This document shows, one piece after another, positions 28,869 to 39,223 of a stretch of DNA of 64,000 bases (within the stretch, counting starts at the first letter, position 1; each line of letters opens with the position of its first letter). Location of the stretch: contig CAVUOT010000007.1 in assembly GCA_963743185.1 (NCBI GenBank), positions 24,869 through 88,868 of the forward strand, written 5' to 3'. A model generated the notes under the pieces. The model saw only the letters and a list, made by a program, of their open reading frames with translations. It ran no database searches and had not been told where the DNA came from. Source of the stretch: an uncultured Chloroflexia bacterium (lineage in GTDB: Bacteria; Chloroflexota; Dehalococcoidia; DSTF01; JACRBR01). Both the position numbers and the translations under genes were made by a program.

Positions 28869-31471
28869 ATGACCGAAGACCGCCTTCGGAAAGTCCTCGA
28901 GCTGGAGCGCTCGAAGCGCTTCAGCGACCGCGCCGTCACGGCTGGCCTCGATTCGTTCCTCAAGAACCTCACGACGCACGAAGGCTCGCAGCTCAGCAGC
29001 GACGTCTTTGCCCGCATCCAGGGGCTGCCGGTTGCCGGTTATCGCTCGCTGACGCCCGCGCGGCGAAAGGAGTGGCTGGAGGGAGTGCTCGGCTCGCTGC
29101 GCGAAGGTGGAGCCAGTACCCGAGAGCCCACAACGGCGCATCGCGTCGCACGCGCTACCGAAGGTGTGCCAGAACACCTCGCTCGCGGCGCAACACATCC
29201 ATCATCCAGCATCCAACCTCAAACATCCCCATCGAAGCCTCCCCTCGCCGCCGGGCGGAGAGGGGCCGGGGGTGAGGTCCCTCGCGCGCCTGCCGCGGCG
29301 CAGCAGCCGCGGCTGACGTCGCCGCACGCGCGGCCGTACACGCAGGAGGAACTCGGCGCGCTGGGCGTCGATGCGGAGCTGCAGGCGCTGAAGCGCATCG
29401 GCTTCGCGCTGAAGGTGAAGTTCGAGAAGTTGAAGGTCGTGACGGTGCGCGACCTGCTGCTGTTCTTCCCGCGGCGCCACGTCGACTACGGCGAGCCGGT
29501 GCCGATCGCGCAGCTCCAGTTCGGGCGCGAGCAGACGGTGCGCGTGCGCGTGTGGAGCGCGAGCGAGAAGAAGATGGGGTTCCGCATCCGCTCCACCGAG
29601 GCGAAGGTGGGCGACTCGACGGGCATGATGTCGTGCACGTGGTTCAACCAGCCGTGGATCGCGAAGCAGCTGCCGGTCAACGCCGAGATCGTGCTGTCGG
29701 GCCGCGTGTCGGAGTACCAGGGGCGGCCGAAGTTCGACAATCCGGAGTGGGAGATCTGGAGCGAGGATCTGCTGCACACGGGCCGCCTCGTGCCGATCTA
29801 CCCGCTCACCGCGGGCCTGCAGAGCCGCACGATCCGGCGCGTGATGCAGGAGGCGATCGAGCGCTACGTCACGCGGCTGCCGGACCCGCTGCCGGCGGAG
29901 ATGCGCCAGCGCCTCGGCCTGGCGCCGATCGCCGAGGCGGTGACGCAGATGCACTACCCGACGGACCGCGCATCGCTCGAGCGCGGGCGGCGGCGACTCG
30001 CGTTCGAAGAGCTGCTGCCGATCCAGCTCACGATGCAGCTGCGCCGCCGTCACTTCCAGAAGTCGGCTCCGGCGGAGCCCGCGCCGATGTCCGCGCCGGT
30101 CGAGCGCGCGTTCGTGGCGTCGCTGCCGTTCACGCTGACCGGCGCACAGGAGCGCGTGATGTTCGACGTGCTCAACGACCTCCGCAAGCCGATCCCCATG
30201 TCGCGCCTCGTACAGGGCGACGTCGGCAGCGGCAAGACGGTGATCGCCGCGGCCGCGCTCGTCGCCGCGATCGAGAACGGCCGCCAGGGCGTGATGATGG
30301 CGCCGACCGAGATCCTCGCCGAGCAGCACTTCCGCACCCTGAAGGCGCTGTTCGGCGCGAACGGCAGCAGCGGCTCCGTCGCGAGCGCGCGCCCGGCGTT
30401 CCTCGACAAGGCGATGCGTATCGCCCTGCTCACGGGCAGCCTGAAGGCGAAGGAGAAGCGCGAGCTGTACGACGCGATCGAGGCGGGCGAGATCGACGTG
30501 ATCTGCGGCACGCACGCGCTGATCCAGGGCGGCGTGCGCTTCCACGATCTCGGCGTGGCGGTGGTCGACGAGCAGCACCGCTTCGGCGTCATGCAGCGCG
30601 CCGCGCTGCGCGAGAAGGGCGCGCGGCCGCGCACACGCCGCACATGCTGGTGATGACGGCGACGCCGATCCCCCGCACGCTGGCGCTGACGCTGTACGGC
30701 GACCTCGACATCTCGGTGGTGGACGAGTTGCCGCCGGGACGCCAGGAGATCAAGACGACGTGGGTCGGCCCGGACGAACGCGGCGACGCGGAGCGCTACC
30801 TGCGCCGCGAGATCGAGCAGGGACGGCAGGCGTTCGTCATCTGCCCGCTCGTCGAGGAGTCGGAGACGCTCGACGTGAAGTCGGCGACGGCGGAGTACGA
30901 GCGGCTGCGGCGGCAGGTGTACCCGGATCTCAGGCTGGAGCTGCTGCACGGCCGCATGTCCGGGAAGCAGAAGGACGAAGTGATGCGCCGCTTCCGCGAC
31001 GGCGAGGCCGACATCCTCGTGTCGACGGCGGTGATCGAAGTCGGCATCGACATACCGAACGCGTCGGTGATGATGATCGAGGGCGCGGACCGCTTCGGGC
31101 TCGCGCAACTGCACCAGTTCCGCGGCCGCGTCGGGCGCGGCGCCGACAAGAGCTACTGCCTGCTGCTGTGCGACGAGCCGAGCGACGAAGCGCGGGCGCG
31201 GCTGCAGCTGATGGAGGGGACCACGGACGGCTTCAAGCTCGCCGAGGCGGACATGCAGCTCCGCGGCCCGGGCCAGTTCTTCGGCACAAAGCAGTCCGGC
31301 CTCCCCGGCCTGAAAGTCGCCAAGCTCACCGACGTGAAGCTCATCGAGCTGACGCGCACCGAGGCGGCGCGCATGCTCGACGAAGACGGCGGGCTGACGC
31401 AGCCGGAACACCGCGCGCTGAACCTGACGGTGCGGGCGCTCCTCGACCGCATCGTGGACGAGGAGCACTGA
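28869..31471 (+). CDS. recG: ATP-dependent DNA helicase RecG with a long N-terminal extension; apparent frameshift near 30620
   Basis: ORF 28869..30653 has the wedge domain, Walker A GDVGSGKTV and the DEQH box. It continues in the ORF 29552..31471 frame (PHMLVMTATPIPRTLALTLYGDLDISVVDELPPGR..., QLHQFRGRVGRG). Confidence 0.9.
29238..29281 (+). repeat. REP-like repeat copy embedded in frame in the recG N-terminal linker
   Basis: cctcccctcgccgccgggcggagaggggccgggggtgaggtccc is an imperfect 12-bp palindrome plus the GGGGTGAGGT tail. It is read as SPSKPPLAAGRRGAGGEVPR inside ORF 28869..30653. Confidence 0.65.
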
Positions 31472-31550
31472 GCTGGTCGGCGGCTCCTGAAGACCTCTAC
31501 CTAGAACCTACGCGCCACCACCGCTAACCTTCCCCTCACAGGAGGGGCGC

Positions 31551-32417
31551 ATGGCCGTCGACAAGATCAGCCATCACTACGTCACCGTGAACGGAGTGAA
31601 GCTGCACTACGTGCGGCAGGGCGCCGGCGAGCCGCTGCTGCTGATCCACGGCTGGCCGGGCTTCTGGTACGAGTGGCACATGAACATCGGGGCGCTGGCG
31701 CGGCACTACGACGTCATCGTGCCGGACATGCGCGGCTTCGCCTACTCCGACAAGCCGGACGCGGCGCCGGAGGTCGGCTACACCGACACGGTCTTCGCCG
31801 AGGACATCAAGGCGTTCTGCGACTTCTACCACTTCGACAGCGTGCGCATCGTCACGCACGACTTCGGCGCCATCTGGGTGCAGCGCTTCGCGCGGCTGTA
31901 CCCGGAGCGGCTGCACAAGCTGATGCTGTTCGACCCGCCGTACCCGGGCATCGGCGGCCGCTGGTTCGAGCTGCCGCACGCGCTCAATACCTGGTACCAG
32001 CTCTTCCACCAGCAGCCGTGGGCGGAGGATCTCGTCGGGTCGAGCAAGCAGGCGACGGAGATCTACCTGCGCCACTTCCTCTCGGCGTGGTCGGCGAACA
32101 AGAATCTCTGGACCGATGCGGAGATCGCCGCGTACGTGGAGGCGTACTCGCAGCCGGGCGCGCTGCGGGGCGGCTTCAACTGCTATCGTGCGGCGCTGCG
32201 CGGCGGCGCCTTCGCCGGCGCCGACAAGAAGGTCGAGACGCCGACGCGCGTGCTCTGGGGCGACAGCGACTCGATCCTGCCGTTCGCGTGGTCCGACAAG
32301 CTGGGCGACTTCTTCGCGAACTTCGACTTGAAGAAGATCGAAGGCGTCGGCCACTTTATGATGCGAGAGGCGCCGGAGCGCATCAACGCGGAGATCATCG
32401 ACTTCATGAAGGATTAG
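31551..32417 (+). CDS. Alpha/beta hydrolase (epoxide hydrolase / haloacid-dehalogenase-like subgroup)
   Basis: ORF 31551..32417. HGWPGFWYEW oxyanion motif, VTHDFGA nucleophile elbow, C-terminal GHFMMRE histidine. Strong SD AGGAGG upstream. Confidence 0.85.
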   Translation: MAVDKISHHYVTVNGVKLHYVRQGAGEPLLLIHGWPGFWYEWHMNIGALARHYDVIVPDMRGFAYSDKPDAAPEVGYTDTVFAEDIKAFCDFYHFDSVRIVTHDFGAIWVQRFARLYPERLHKLMLFDPPYPGIGGRWFELPHALNTWYQLFHQQPWAEDLVGSSKQATEIYLRHFLSAWSANKNLWTDAEIAAYVEAYSQPGALRGGFNCYRAALRGGAFAGADKKVETPTRVLWGDSDSILPFAWSDKLGDFFANFDLKKIEGVGHFMMREAPERINAEIIDFMKD

Positions 32418-32420
32418 ACC

Positions 32421-32464
32421 GCTCCCCTCTCCACGTCGTGGAGAGGGGCTGGGGGTGAGGTGCC
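32421..32464 (+). repeat. REP-like palindromic repeat, copy
   Basis: gctcccctctccacgtcgtggagaggggctgggggtgaggtgcc, immediately after the hydrolase stop codon. Confidence 0.8.
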
Positions 32465-32526
32465 CGTGTTGGCGCAACCCGCATATAGAACAACTCGCCG
32501 AAAGAGCTCAATGGATCTCCAACTTC

Positions 32527-33267
32527 GTGGCAAAGACGGCGCTGATCACCGGATCCTCACGCGGCATCGGTCGCGCGATCGCGCACGCGCTGGCGGCGGA
32601 GGGGTGCGAGATCGCGCTCGTCGCGCGCGGGGAGGCGGGGCTGCGGGATGCGGAGCGGGAGATCGCGGCGACGGGCGTGCGCACGGCGGCGATCGTTGCG
32701 GACGTGACGGTGGCGGCGGACGTCGAGCGCATGGTGCGGGAGGCGCAGGAGCGGCTGGGGCGCATCGATATCCTCGTCAACAACGCCGGCGGCTCGTTCC
32801 CGGACGACGACGAGGGATGGGAGCACGCCTTTCGCGCGAACATCGACGCCGCCGTGCGGGCGACGCGCGCGGTGGTACCGGTGATGCGTGCGCAGGGCGG
32901 CGGCGTGATCGTCCACATCGCTTCGATCTTCGGGCGCGAGGCGGGCGGCGGCCTGCCCTACAACGCGATGAAGGCGGCGATGATCAGCCACGCGAAGAAC
33001 TCGGCGCTCGCGCTGGCGAAGGACAACATCCGCGTGAACTCGGTCGCGCCGGGGTCGATCCGGTTCCCGGGCGGGTCGTGGGACAGGCGGGCGGAGGCGG
33101 ATCCGGAGGCGATGGCGCACTTCGTCGAGCAGAACATCGCGATGGGCCGCTTCGGGCGCGTCGAAGAGGTGGCGGACGTGGTGGCGTTCCTCTGCTCGCC
33201 GAGAGCGAGCTGGGTGACGGGCGCCTGCATCAACGTCGACGGCGGGCAGACGAGAAGCAACATCTAA
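32527..33267 (+). CDS. SDR family oxidoreductase
   Basis: ORF 32455..33267. The upstream part of that ORF overlaps the REP copy, so GTG 32527 (VAKTALITGSSRGIG) is the preferred start. NNAG and YNAMKAA (YxxxK) motifs are present. Confidence 0.85.
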   Translation: MAKTALITGSSRGIGRAIAHALAAEGCEIALVARGEAGLRDAEREIAATGVRTAAIVADVTVAADVERMVREAQERLGRIDILVNNAGGSFPDDDEGWEHAFRANIDAAVRATRAVVPVMRAQGGGVIVHIASIFGREAGGGLPYNAMKAAMISHAKNSALALAKDNIRVNSVAPGSIRFPGGSWDRRAEADPEAMAHFVEQNIAMGRFGRVEEVADVVAFLCSPRASWVTGACINVDGGQTRSNI

Positions 33268-33320
33268 GGATCCGCGTGTCGGATCCTGACCTTGAGCTGA
33301 TGCCGAAAGGCTCGATTCAA

Positions 33321-33372
33321 TCCCCTCTCCACGACGTGGAGAGGGGTGGCCGAAGGCCGGGGTGAGGTGCCG
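33321..33372 (+). repeat. REP-like palindromic repeat, long copy
   Basis: tcccctctccacgacgtggagaggggtggccgaaggccggggtgaggtgcc. Together with the copy at 32421 it brackets the SDR gene in direct orientation. Confidence 0.8.
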
Positions 33373-33420
33373 CGACTGCCTCACGCGCTGTTCCGGAGTA
33401 GATCGCAGAACGGAGAACCC

Positions 33421-34353
33421 ATGGCCGAGCGAATGCTCACATATGCCGCCGCCTTGACGGTCGATTGGTTCGCCGAGCGGACGGGACAGGCGTACTCGCT
33501 CGACGCGATCGTTGATGGCGACGTGCCGGTCTTCGTCGCCAACAGCGACGCCGGCAAGCTCGCCGTCGCGATAGCGCCCCTGTGGGAGCGGGAGAGCGAC
33601 GCCGCGGCGGAGGACGCGCGCCAGGCCATGGAGGAGCGCCTCGACGCCGGCAACGTGCGCGGCCCGTACTTGATCTGGGCGCCACCGAAGGCGGCCGTGC
33701 CCGCGGCGGAGCCGGAGGCATCGGATTTCGTGATGCGCGCGCAGATGGCGTGCGCGCCGATGCAGCCGGGCGCGCGCAACGAGATCGACCTGCCGGTCAA
33801 GATCCAGCTCGCCAAGGTACGCGACGAAGGCGGCTACGCGTCGGTCATCGGCGGGCTGAGCCGCGTCTGGACAGCGCTCACCGAGCGCGTGAACGGCACG
33901 TTCCACGTGAACAGCATGCAGATGCGGCGCGCACCGCAATCCGAATCGACGCGCGACGCGCTGCTCGACCAGATCGGCGAGCTGTCGCGCGGCCTGAGCG
34001 TCGGCAGCGCCGTGGAGCTGGACTGTTCCGAGGCGTGGACGGTGCAGCGGCTGCGCACGGAGCCGCTCGGTGAGCGCGGCTTCGCGATCGCCCAGGCGCC
34101 CCCGAAGATCGACCCGTCCGACGGCACGCTGATGCGCCGCCTCGTCCGCAAGCGCCTGAAGGCCGCGAACGAGGCGCTGGCGAACGTCGCGGCCGATGTG
34201 AAAGGCGTCGGCTTGCTGGCGATCTACGAGTACGCGGAGCACGAGAATGTCGGCTCGTTCGTGAAGTCGCTCGACCCGGGGCTGTTCGCCGGGCTCCAGC
34301 TCATCGCCGCCGTCGTCGATGGCGAAGTGCGGCCCGTGTTCCAGCCGCGGTAG
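33421..34353 (+). CDS. hypothetical protein
   Basis: Internal ATG 33421 of ORF 33346..34353, preceded by GGAGA. The 310 aa sequence is protein-like (MAERMLTYAAALTVDWFAERTG...). No family recognised. Confidence 0.55.
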   Translation: MAERMLTYAAALTVDWFAERTGQAYSLDAIVDGDVPVFVANSDAGKLAVAIAPLWERESDAAAEDARQAMEERLDAGNVRGPYLIWAPPKAAVPAAEPEASDFVMRAQMACAPMQPGARNEIDLPVKIQLAKVRDEGGYASVIGGLSRVWTALTERVNGTFHVNSMQMRRAPQSESTRDALLDQIGELSRGLSVGSAVELDCSEAWTVQRLRTEPLGERGFAIAQAPPKIDPSDGTLMRRLVRKRLKAANEALANVAADVKGVGLLAIYEYAEHENVGSFVKSLDPGLFAGLQLIAAVVDGEVRPVFQPR

Positions 34354-34387
34354 GCTGCCCGCGTCGAGTTGAATCGGGAGGTGTGCG

Positions 34388-34867
34388 ATGGAGGGCGTAG
34401 GCGACTTCTTCAAGTTCCATCAGTGGGCGAACTCGCGCTTGCTGAACTTCTGCGCCGCGCTCGATGACGCGGCGCTTGATGCGGAGATGCCCGGCACGTT
34501 TGGCACGATCCGCGGCACGCTCACTCACATCTTCGCGACGCAGAATGAGTTCCTCGGCGCCGTCGTCGGCGCGCCGCCATCCGCGCTCTTCAACGGCATG
34601 CCGTTCCCCGGCTTCGACGTCCTGCGCAACGTGGCGGCGACGACCGACGCACTCTTCCTCGCCGCCGCCCAACAGCGCGATGAGTCGGAGATGCTCAAGA
34701 GCGAGTGGAAGGGTCAGACATTGGAATTCAGTCTCATGGTGCCACTCGTCCAGGCCGTGAACCATGGCGTCGAGCATCGCACAGAGATCCAGAGCATGCT
34801 GAGCCGCCAGGACCTCACGCCCCCGCGCCTTGACGCGTGGGTCTGGGGCGGAGTCGCGCCGGGCTAG
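34388..34867 (+). CDS. DinB family protein
   Basis: ORF 34388..34867. FHQWANSRLL...GTIRGTLTHIF...AVNHGVEHRTE matches the DinB/YfiT four-helix His-triad pattern. Confidence 0.8.
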   Translation: MEGVGDFFKFHQWANSRLLNFCAALDDAALDAEMPGTFGTIRGTLTHIFATQNEFLGAVVGAPPSALFNGMPFPGFDVLRNVAATTDALFLAAAQQRDESEMLKSEWKGQTLEFSLMVPLVQAVNHGVEHRTEIQSMLSRQDLTPPRLDAWVWGGVAPG

Positions 34868-34886
34868 GCTCGCCCCATCCGGCCAG

Positions 34887-35618
34887 CTACCGATTCCCCA
34901 AGCCTGCGTTGATCCCGTCCACCACGCCCAGCACCTCCGTCAGCGACCGCACGACCGGTGCGTCGATCGGCGGCGCTTTGCCGTCGCGGTCGATGAGGAT
35001 CGGGTGCAGGCCCGCGCCTCGCGACCCGAGCACGTCGGCCAGGTACGAGTCGCCCACGTACACCGTCTCTTCGGCGCGCACGTTGGCGCGGCCGAGCGCA
35101 TACAGGAAGATCTCGCGATGCGGCTTCGACGATCCGACCACGGCCGACGCGACGACGAAGTCCATCAAACGCGTGATCTCGTGCGCGTGCAGGATCGGCA
35201 GCAGGTCGCTGCCCCAGTCCGACACGACGCCCTGCACGAGCCCCCGCTCGCGCGCCGCCTCCAGCGCGGCGATCGTCTCCGGGAATGGTTGCCACTGCGC
35301 GGGCTCCGCGTACCAGTCGTAGAGCGCCTCGCCGGCCGAGCGAATCTCCTCGATCGGCAGATCGGGCGCGACGTCGCGCAGGGCGAAGGCGTAGTACTCG
35401 GTCCAGAACGTGCGCGCCGCGCGGTCCGACGCGTAGGAGCCCAGGCCGTCTTCGCCCAGCCGCGAGTAGAAGAACGCCGCGACGTCCGGGAACTCGCCAC
35501 GGTGCTCCTGCGCGATCGTGATGCCGAGCTGGTGCGCAAGGAAGTCCCACACCTCGTCGATTCCGGCGCGGGGCCGGACGAGGGTGTGGCCGGCGTCGTA
35601 GAAGATGGCCCGTATCAT
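34887..35618 (-). CDS. HAD family hydrolase
   Basis: ORF 34887..35618. Motif I-like IFYDAGHTL, motif II VVSDW, and motif IV VYVGDSYLADVLG. Confidence 0.8.
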   Translation of the reverse strand: MIRAIFYDAGHTLVRPRAGIDEVWDFLAHQLGITIAQEHRGEFPDVAAFFYSRLGEDGLGSYASDRAARTFWTEYYAFALRDVAPDLPIEEIRSAGEALYDWYAEPAQWQPFPETIAALEAARERGLVQGVVSDWGSDLLPILHAHEITRLMDFVVASAVVGSSKPHREIFLYALGRANVRAEETVYVGDSYLADVLGSRGAGLHPILIDRDGKAPPIDAPVVRSLTEVLGVVDGINAGLGNR

Positions 35619-35726
35619 GCTGCAGGGTACCGTGCGGCTTGCGGATTGGAGGGTGAACCCCTAATTCCCGCCCCTTCGCTACCGGCTGTCTCCGCGGTGA
35701 CGGTCGTCCGGCCGATACTCACGGTG

Positions 35727-36197
35727 ATGAACGACAGCGAGCACTTCCGGCTTCTCTTCTGGCGGACCTTCATCCCGCTGTTCGCGCTACCGGTCTTCGG
35801 TGGATTCATCGCCGCGTCGCCCGTCGTCGACGGCTGGACGTGGCGGAGCTGGACCATCGCCGGCGCGATCGTCGGCGTTGCGATCGCGCTGTACCTGTTG
35901 CGCGCGTGGCTGCGGTCGGACGTCATCCTCGACGACCGCGGGCTGACGCTGTACGCGACGAGCGGACTACAGACGTGGCCCTACGAGAAGCTGCTGAAGG
36001 TCAAGCAGGTTGGCAAGTACCGCGTGAAGATGTGCTTCGACCCGGACATCCCGGAGACGCACATGCACATCACCGTGGATCTCTTCGATTCGGACGGGTT
36101 CGTCGACGCGCTGCTCGACCGCTACGCCGAGGCGATCGGGCACGAGCTGCCGGAACTGCACCCGGAGCAGCCGGCCGACGAGCAGGCAGCCGCGTAG
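35727..36197 (+). CDS. hypothetical membrane protein
   Basis: C-terminal 156 aa of ORF 34830..36197, from ATG 35727 (MNDSEHFRLLFWRTFIPLFALPVFGGFIAA...). Two TM helices followed by a soluble domain. Confidence 0.5.
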   Translation: MNDSEHFRLLFWRTFIPLFALPVFGGFIAASPVVDGWTWRSWTIAGAIVGVAIALYLLRAWLRSDVILDDRGLTLYATSGLQTWPYEKLLKVKQVGKYRVKMCFDPDIPETHMHITVDLFDSDGFVDALLDRYAEAIGHELPELHPEQPADEQAAA

Positions 36198-36217
36198 GGG
36201 CGCAGCCTGCTGCGCCC
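36194..36217. terminator. GC-rich palindromic hairpin GTAGGGGCGCAGCCTGCTGCGCCC (identical copy at 14445)
   Basis: The TAG of the preceding CDS lies inside the element. It sits between convergent genes (35727..36197 + and grpB-like -). There is no U-tract. Confidence 0.45.
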
Positions 36218-36246
36218 GCGCGCGCCGCGAACCAGACAGCGATACG

Positions 36247-36829
36247 TCACAGCTCGCCGAGACGCGCGCGCGCTTTCGCCATGATGGCGTTGATGCAGTC
36301 CGACTTCCTGTCCGTGTAGCCGACGTTGATGTCGCTCTGCGGCGTGACGGTCATGTTGTACTCGGCTGCGATGCGGCGCTTGACGCGTTCGTACTCGCGC
36401 GCGTCGTCGGGCGAGATGCGAAGGTAGTCGCGGAACAAGCAGGTGCGTCTTCCAGAAGTCGCTGTCAACTTCCACCATGTGCAATTGGAACGCCCGCTCG
36501 CCGTCGACGTCTTTGCGGAAGTACCGGCGGAACGGCATGCCTTCGTCGATCGCACTCGGCTGCTCGTACTCCGGGACGTACTCGTAGCCGATGCTCGCGA
36601 GCCGCGCGATGAGCGGCGGCGCGCCGTCGAGCGACCGGAGGCCGGGCATGATGTCGATGATCGGCTTGGCCGCGAGGCCCGGCACCGACGTGCTGCCCAT
36701 GTGCTCGATGCGCACAAAGGCATCCGCACCGCACACGCGCACGATCTCGGCGCGCTCGCGCTCGAACCGCAGCGGCCACGCCGGGTCGTAGTCAGCGATG
36801 ATGATCGGTTTGCCGGTGCGCGACGTCAT
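36247..36829 (-). CDS. GrpB family protein; apparent frameshift near 36440
   Basis: The N-terminus comes from ORF 36122..37813 (MTSRTGKPIIIADYDPAWPLRFERE...IEHMGSTSVPGLAAKPIIDI). The C-terminus is in the frame of ORF 36247..36729 (FRDYLRISPDDAREYERVKRRIA...). Confidence 0.8.
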
Positions 36830-36854
36830 GACGGATTCACCACCGGGAATACAG

Positions 36855-38058
36855 TCAGGCGAGGCGGGAGCCGCTGGCTTCTTCGACGATCCGAAGGCCA
36901 AGCTCGATGCCGAGCGGGAGGCAGGCCTCGTCGAAATCGAACTTCGGGTGGTGGTGCGGCGCGCGTGATGCCACGTGCCGTGTTGCCGCCGCCGAGCATG
37001 AAGTAGGCGCCCGGCGCGGCCTCCAGGAAGTACGCCATGTCGTCGCCGCCGGTCGTGCGCGCTTCGCCGACGTGCTCGGGGCCAAGGAACGCGGACGCGA
37101 CGCCCGCGACGAGCGCGGCGCACGCGGCGTCGTTCACCACGGCCGGCAGTGTGGACGTATCGAACTGGTATCCGGCGCCGAACGCATCCGTGATGCCGCG
37201 CAGGATCTCCTCGATGCGCGTGAGCGCACGCTTCAGCACGTGCGCGTCGAAGGTGCGGATCGTGCCCGACATCATGACCTCGTTCGGGATGATGTTGCCG
37301 CGATCGCCGCCCTGGACGCGGCCGATCGTGAAGACGGCTGTGTGCTCGGGATCGACGGAGCGGCTCACAACCGTCTGCAGCGCGACGATCGCGTGCGCGG
37401 CGACGACGATCGTGTCGACGGTCTGGTGCGGCGCCGACGCGTGTCCGCCGCGGCCGAAGATCTTGATCCGAAAGTGCGTCGACGTCGCGAAGATGGGGCC
37501 GGGGGCGACGCGCACCTGGCCCACCTGCAGGGGCGCCCAGATGTGCAGACCGAAGACACGGTCGACCTTCGGCGCGTTCATCACGCCGTCCGCGATCATG
37601 CGCTGGGCGCCGCCGACGTGCTCCTCGGCGGGCTGGAAGGCGAAGCGCACGGTGCCCGCCAGCGACTCGCGCGACCGCTGCAGCACCGCCGCCATGGCGA
37701 GCGCGATCGCGACGTGGCCGTCGTGGCCGCAGGCGTGCATCGCCTTCTCGCGCGAGGCGAACGGCAGCCCCGTTTCCTCTAAGAGCGGCAGGCCGTCGAT
37801 GTCGGCGCGCCACAGCAGGTTGGGCCCGGGCTTCGCGCCGCGAACGATGCCGGTCGCGCCGGTGTCAGCGCTGGCGGCCACGCCGTCCAGGCCGAGCGCG
37901 CGCATCCGGTCGAGGATCACGCCCTGCGTGCGGCGCTCTTCGGTGGAAAGCTCCGCGTGCTCGTGCAGGTCGCGGCGGACAGCGACGGCATCATCGGTGA
38001 GTGCCTGAACGGCCGGGCGGATGTCTGGAGCGGTCATCGGAGCAAGAGTACCTTCCAT
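36855..38058 (-). CDS. M20D family amidohydrolase (N-acyl-amino acid amidohydrolase-like); apparent frameshift near 36960
   Basis: ORF 36826..38058. MHACGHDGH, FQPAEE and GRGGHASAPH motifs. The C-terminus APHHHPKFDFDEACLPLGIELGLRIVEEA lies in the ORF 36855..37085 frame. An alternative start at ATG 38037 has a better SD. Confidence 0.85.
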
Positions 38059-38104
38059 CGATCGAGCGATCGAGCAGCGTGCTGACGTGAGGAGCCCGGC
38101 GAGG

Positions 38105-39191
38105 TCACACGCGGTCGCCGGGCATCACCTTCGCCCCCGGCTCGAGCGCGTGCCCTTCCTCCACCTCGGCTCCGTTGCCGAGCACGGCGTCCGTGACCGT
38201 CGCGCGGTCGCCGACACCGGCATACGCCGCAATGATGCTGGCCGTGACGCGCGCGCCGGCGCCGATGCGCGCCTCCTCCCAGATGATGCTCGCCTCGATC
38301 GTCGCGCCGGCGCCGACGATGGTGTCGTGGCCGATCACGGTGGGGCCGGTGATGCGCGTTCCCGCGCCGATCGTGACGCCGTGTCCGATCAGCACGTGTC
38401 CGTCGAACTCGACGTCGTCCGCTACGGACGCATCGTCGCCGAGCGCGACTTCCGCGTCGAGATCGCCCATCGTGCGGTCGAGCAGAAGGCGCGTGGCGAT
38501 CATGTAGCGTTCGGGCGAACCGACGTCGACCCACAGATCCTCCTCGAAGCCCTGGACGCGCAGGCCGTCGGCGATGATGCCGGGGAAGAGCACGCGCTCG
38601 GAGAAGCCGTCGCGCACGGCGGTCTCGTCGTCGGGGATGCGGTCGAGTACGTCTGGCTCCCAGAGCCACGTGCCGCGCGTTGATCAGGTTGCTGGGCTCT
38701 TCACCCTGCGGCGGCTTCTCGACGAAGTGGCGGATGCGGAGATCTTCGTCGACCGCGACGACGCCGAAGTGCCACGGGTCGTCGACGGCGGCGAGCGAGA
38801 TGCTCAGCGTCGCGCCGGTGCGGCGGTGGCGTTCGACCATGGCGGTGAGGTCGACGTTCGTGAGAATGTCGCCGTTGCAGACGACGAGCGTTCCCGATGC
38901 GCCGGCAAAGCGCGCGGCTTCCTTGACGGCGCGGCCGGAGCCGAGCGGCCGGTCCTCGTAGCTGTAGCGCAGGCGCACGCCGAGCGTAGAGCCGTCGCCG
39001 AAATGCTCCTCGACCTCGCGCATCCCCTGCGAGCAGGCGAGCACGATGTCCTGCACGCCGTGCTGCCTGAGGTTCAGCAGGCGGTATTCGAGCAGCGGTC
39101 GGTTGAGCAGTGGCACAAGCTCTTTGCGCCGGGCGTAGGTGAGCGGGCGCAGCCGCGTGCCGGCGCCGCCCGCGAGGATGACAGCAAACAT
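38105..39191 (-). CDS. NDP-sugar pyrophosphorylase (mannose-1-phosphate guanylyltransferase-like); apparent frameshift near 38675
   Basis: Starts at ATG 39191 (MFAVILAGGAGTRLRPLTYARRKELVPLL). The C-terminal left-handed beta-helix part is ORF 38105..38617. The implied junction is ...SNLINAGTWLWEPDVLDRIPDDE.... Confidence 0.85.
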
Positions 39192-39223
39192 GGGGGCAGG
39201 GTAGCGAGCGCGCCCGCGAGGCG

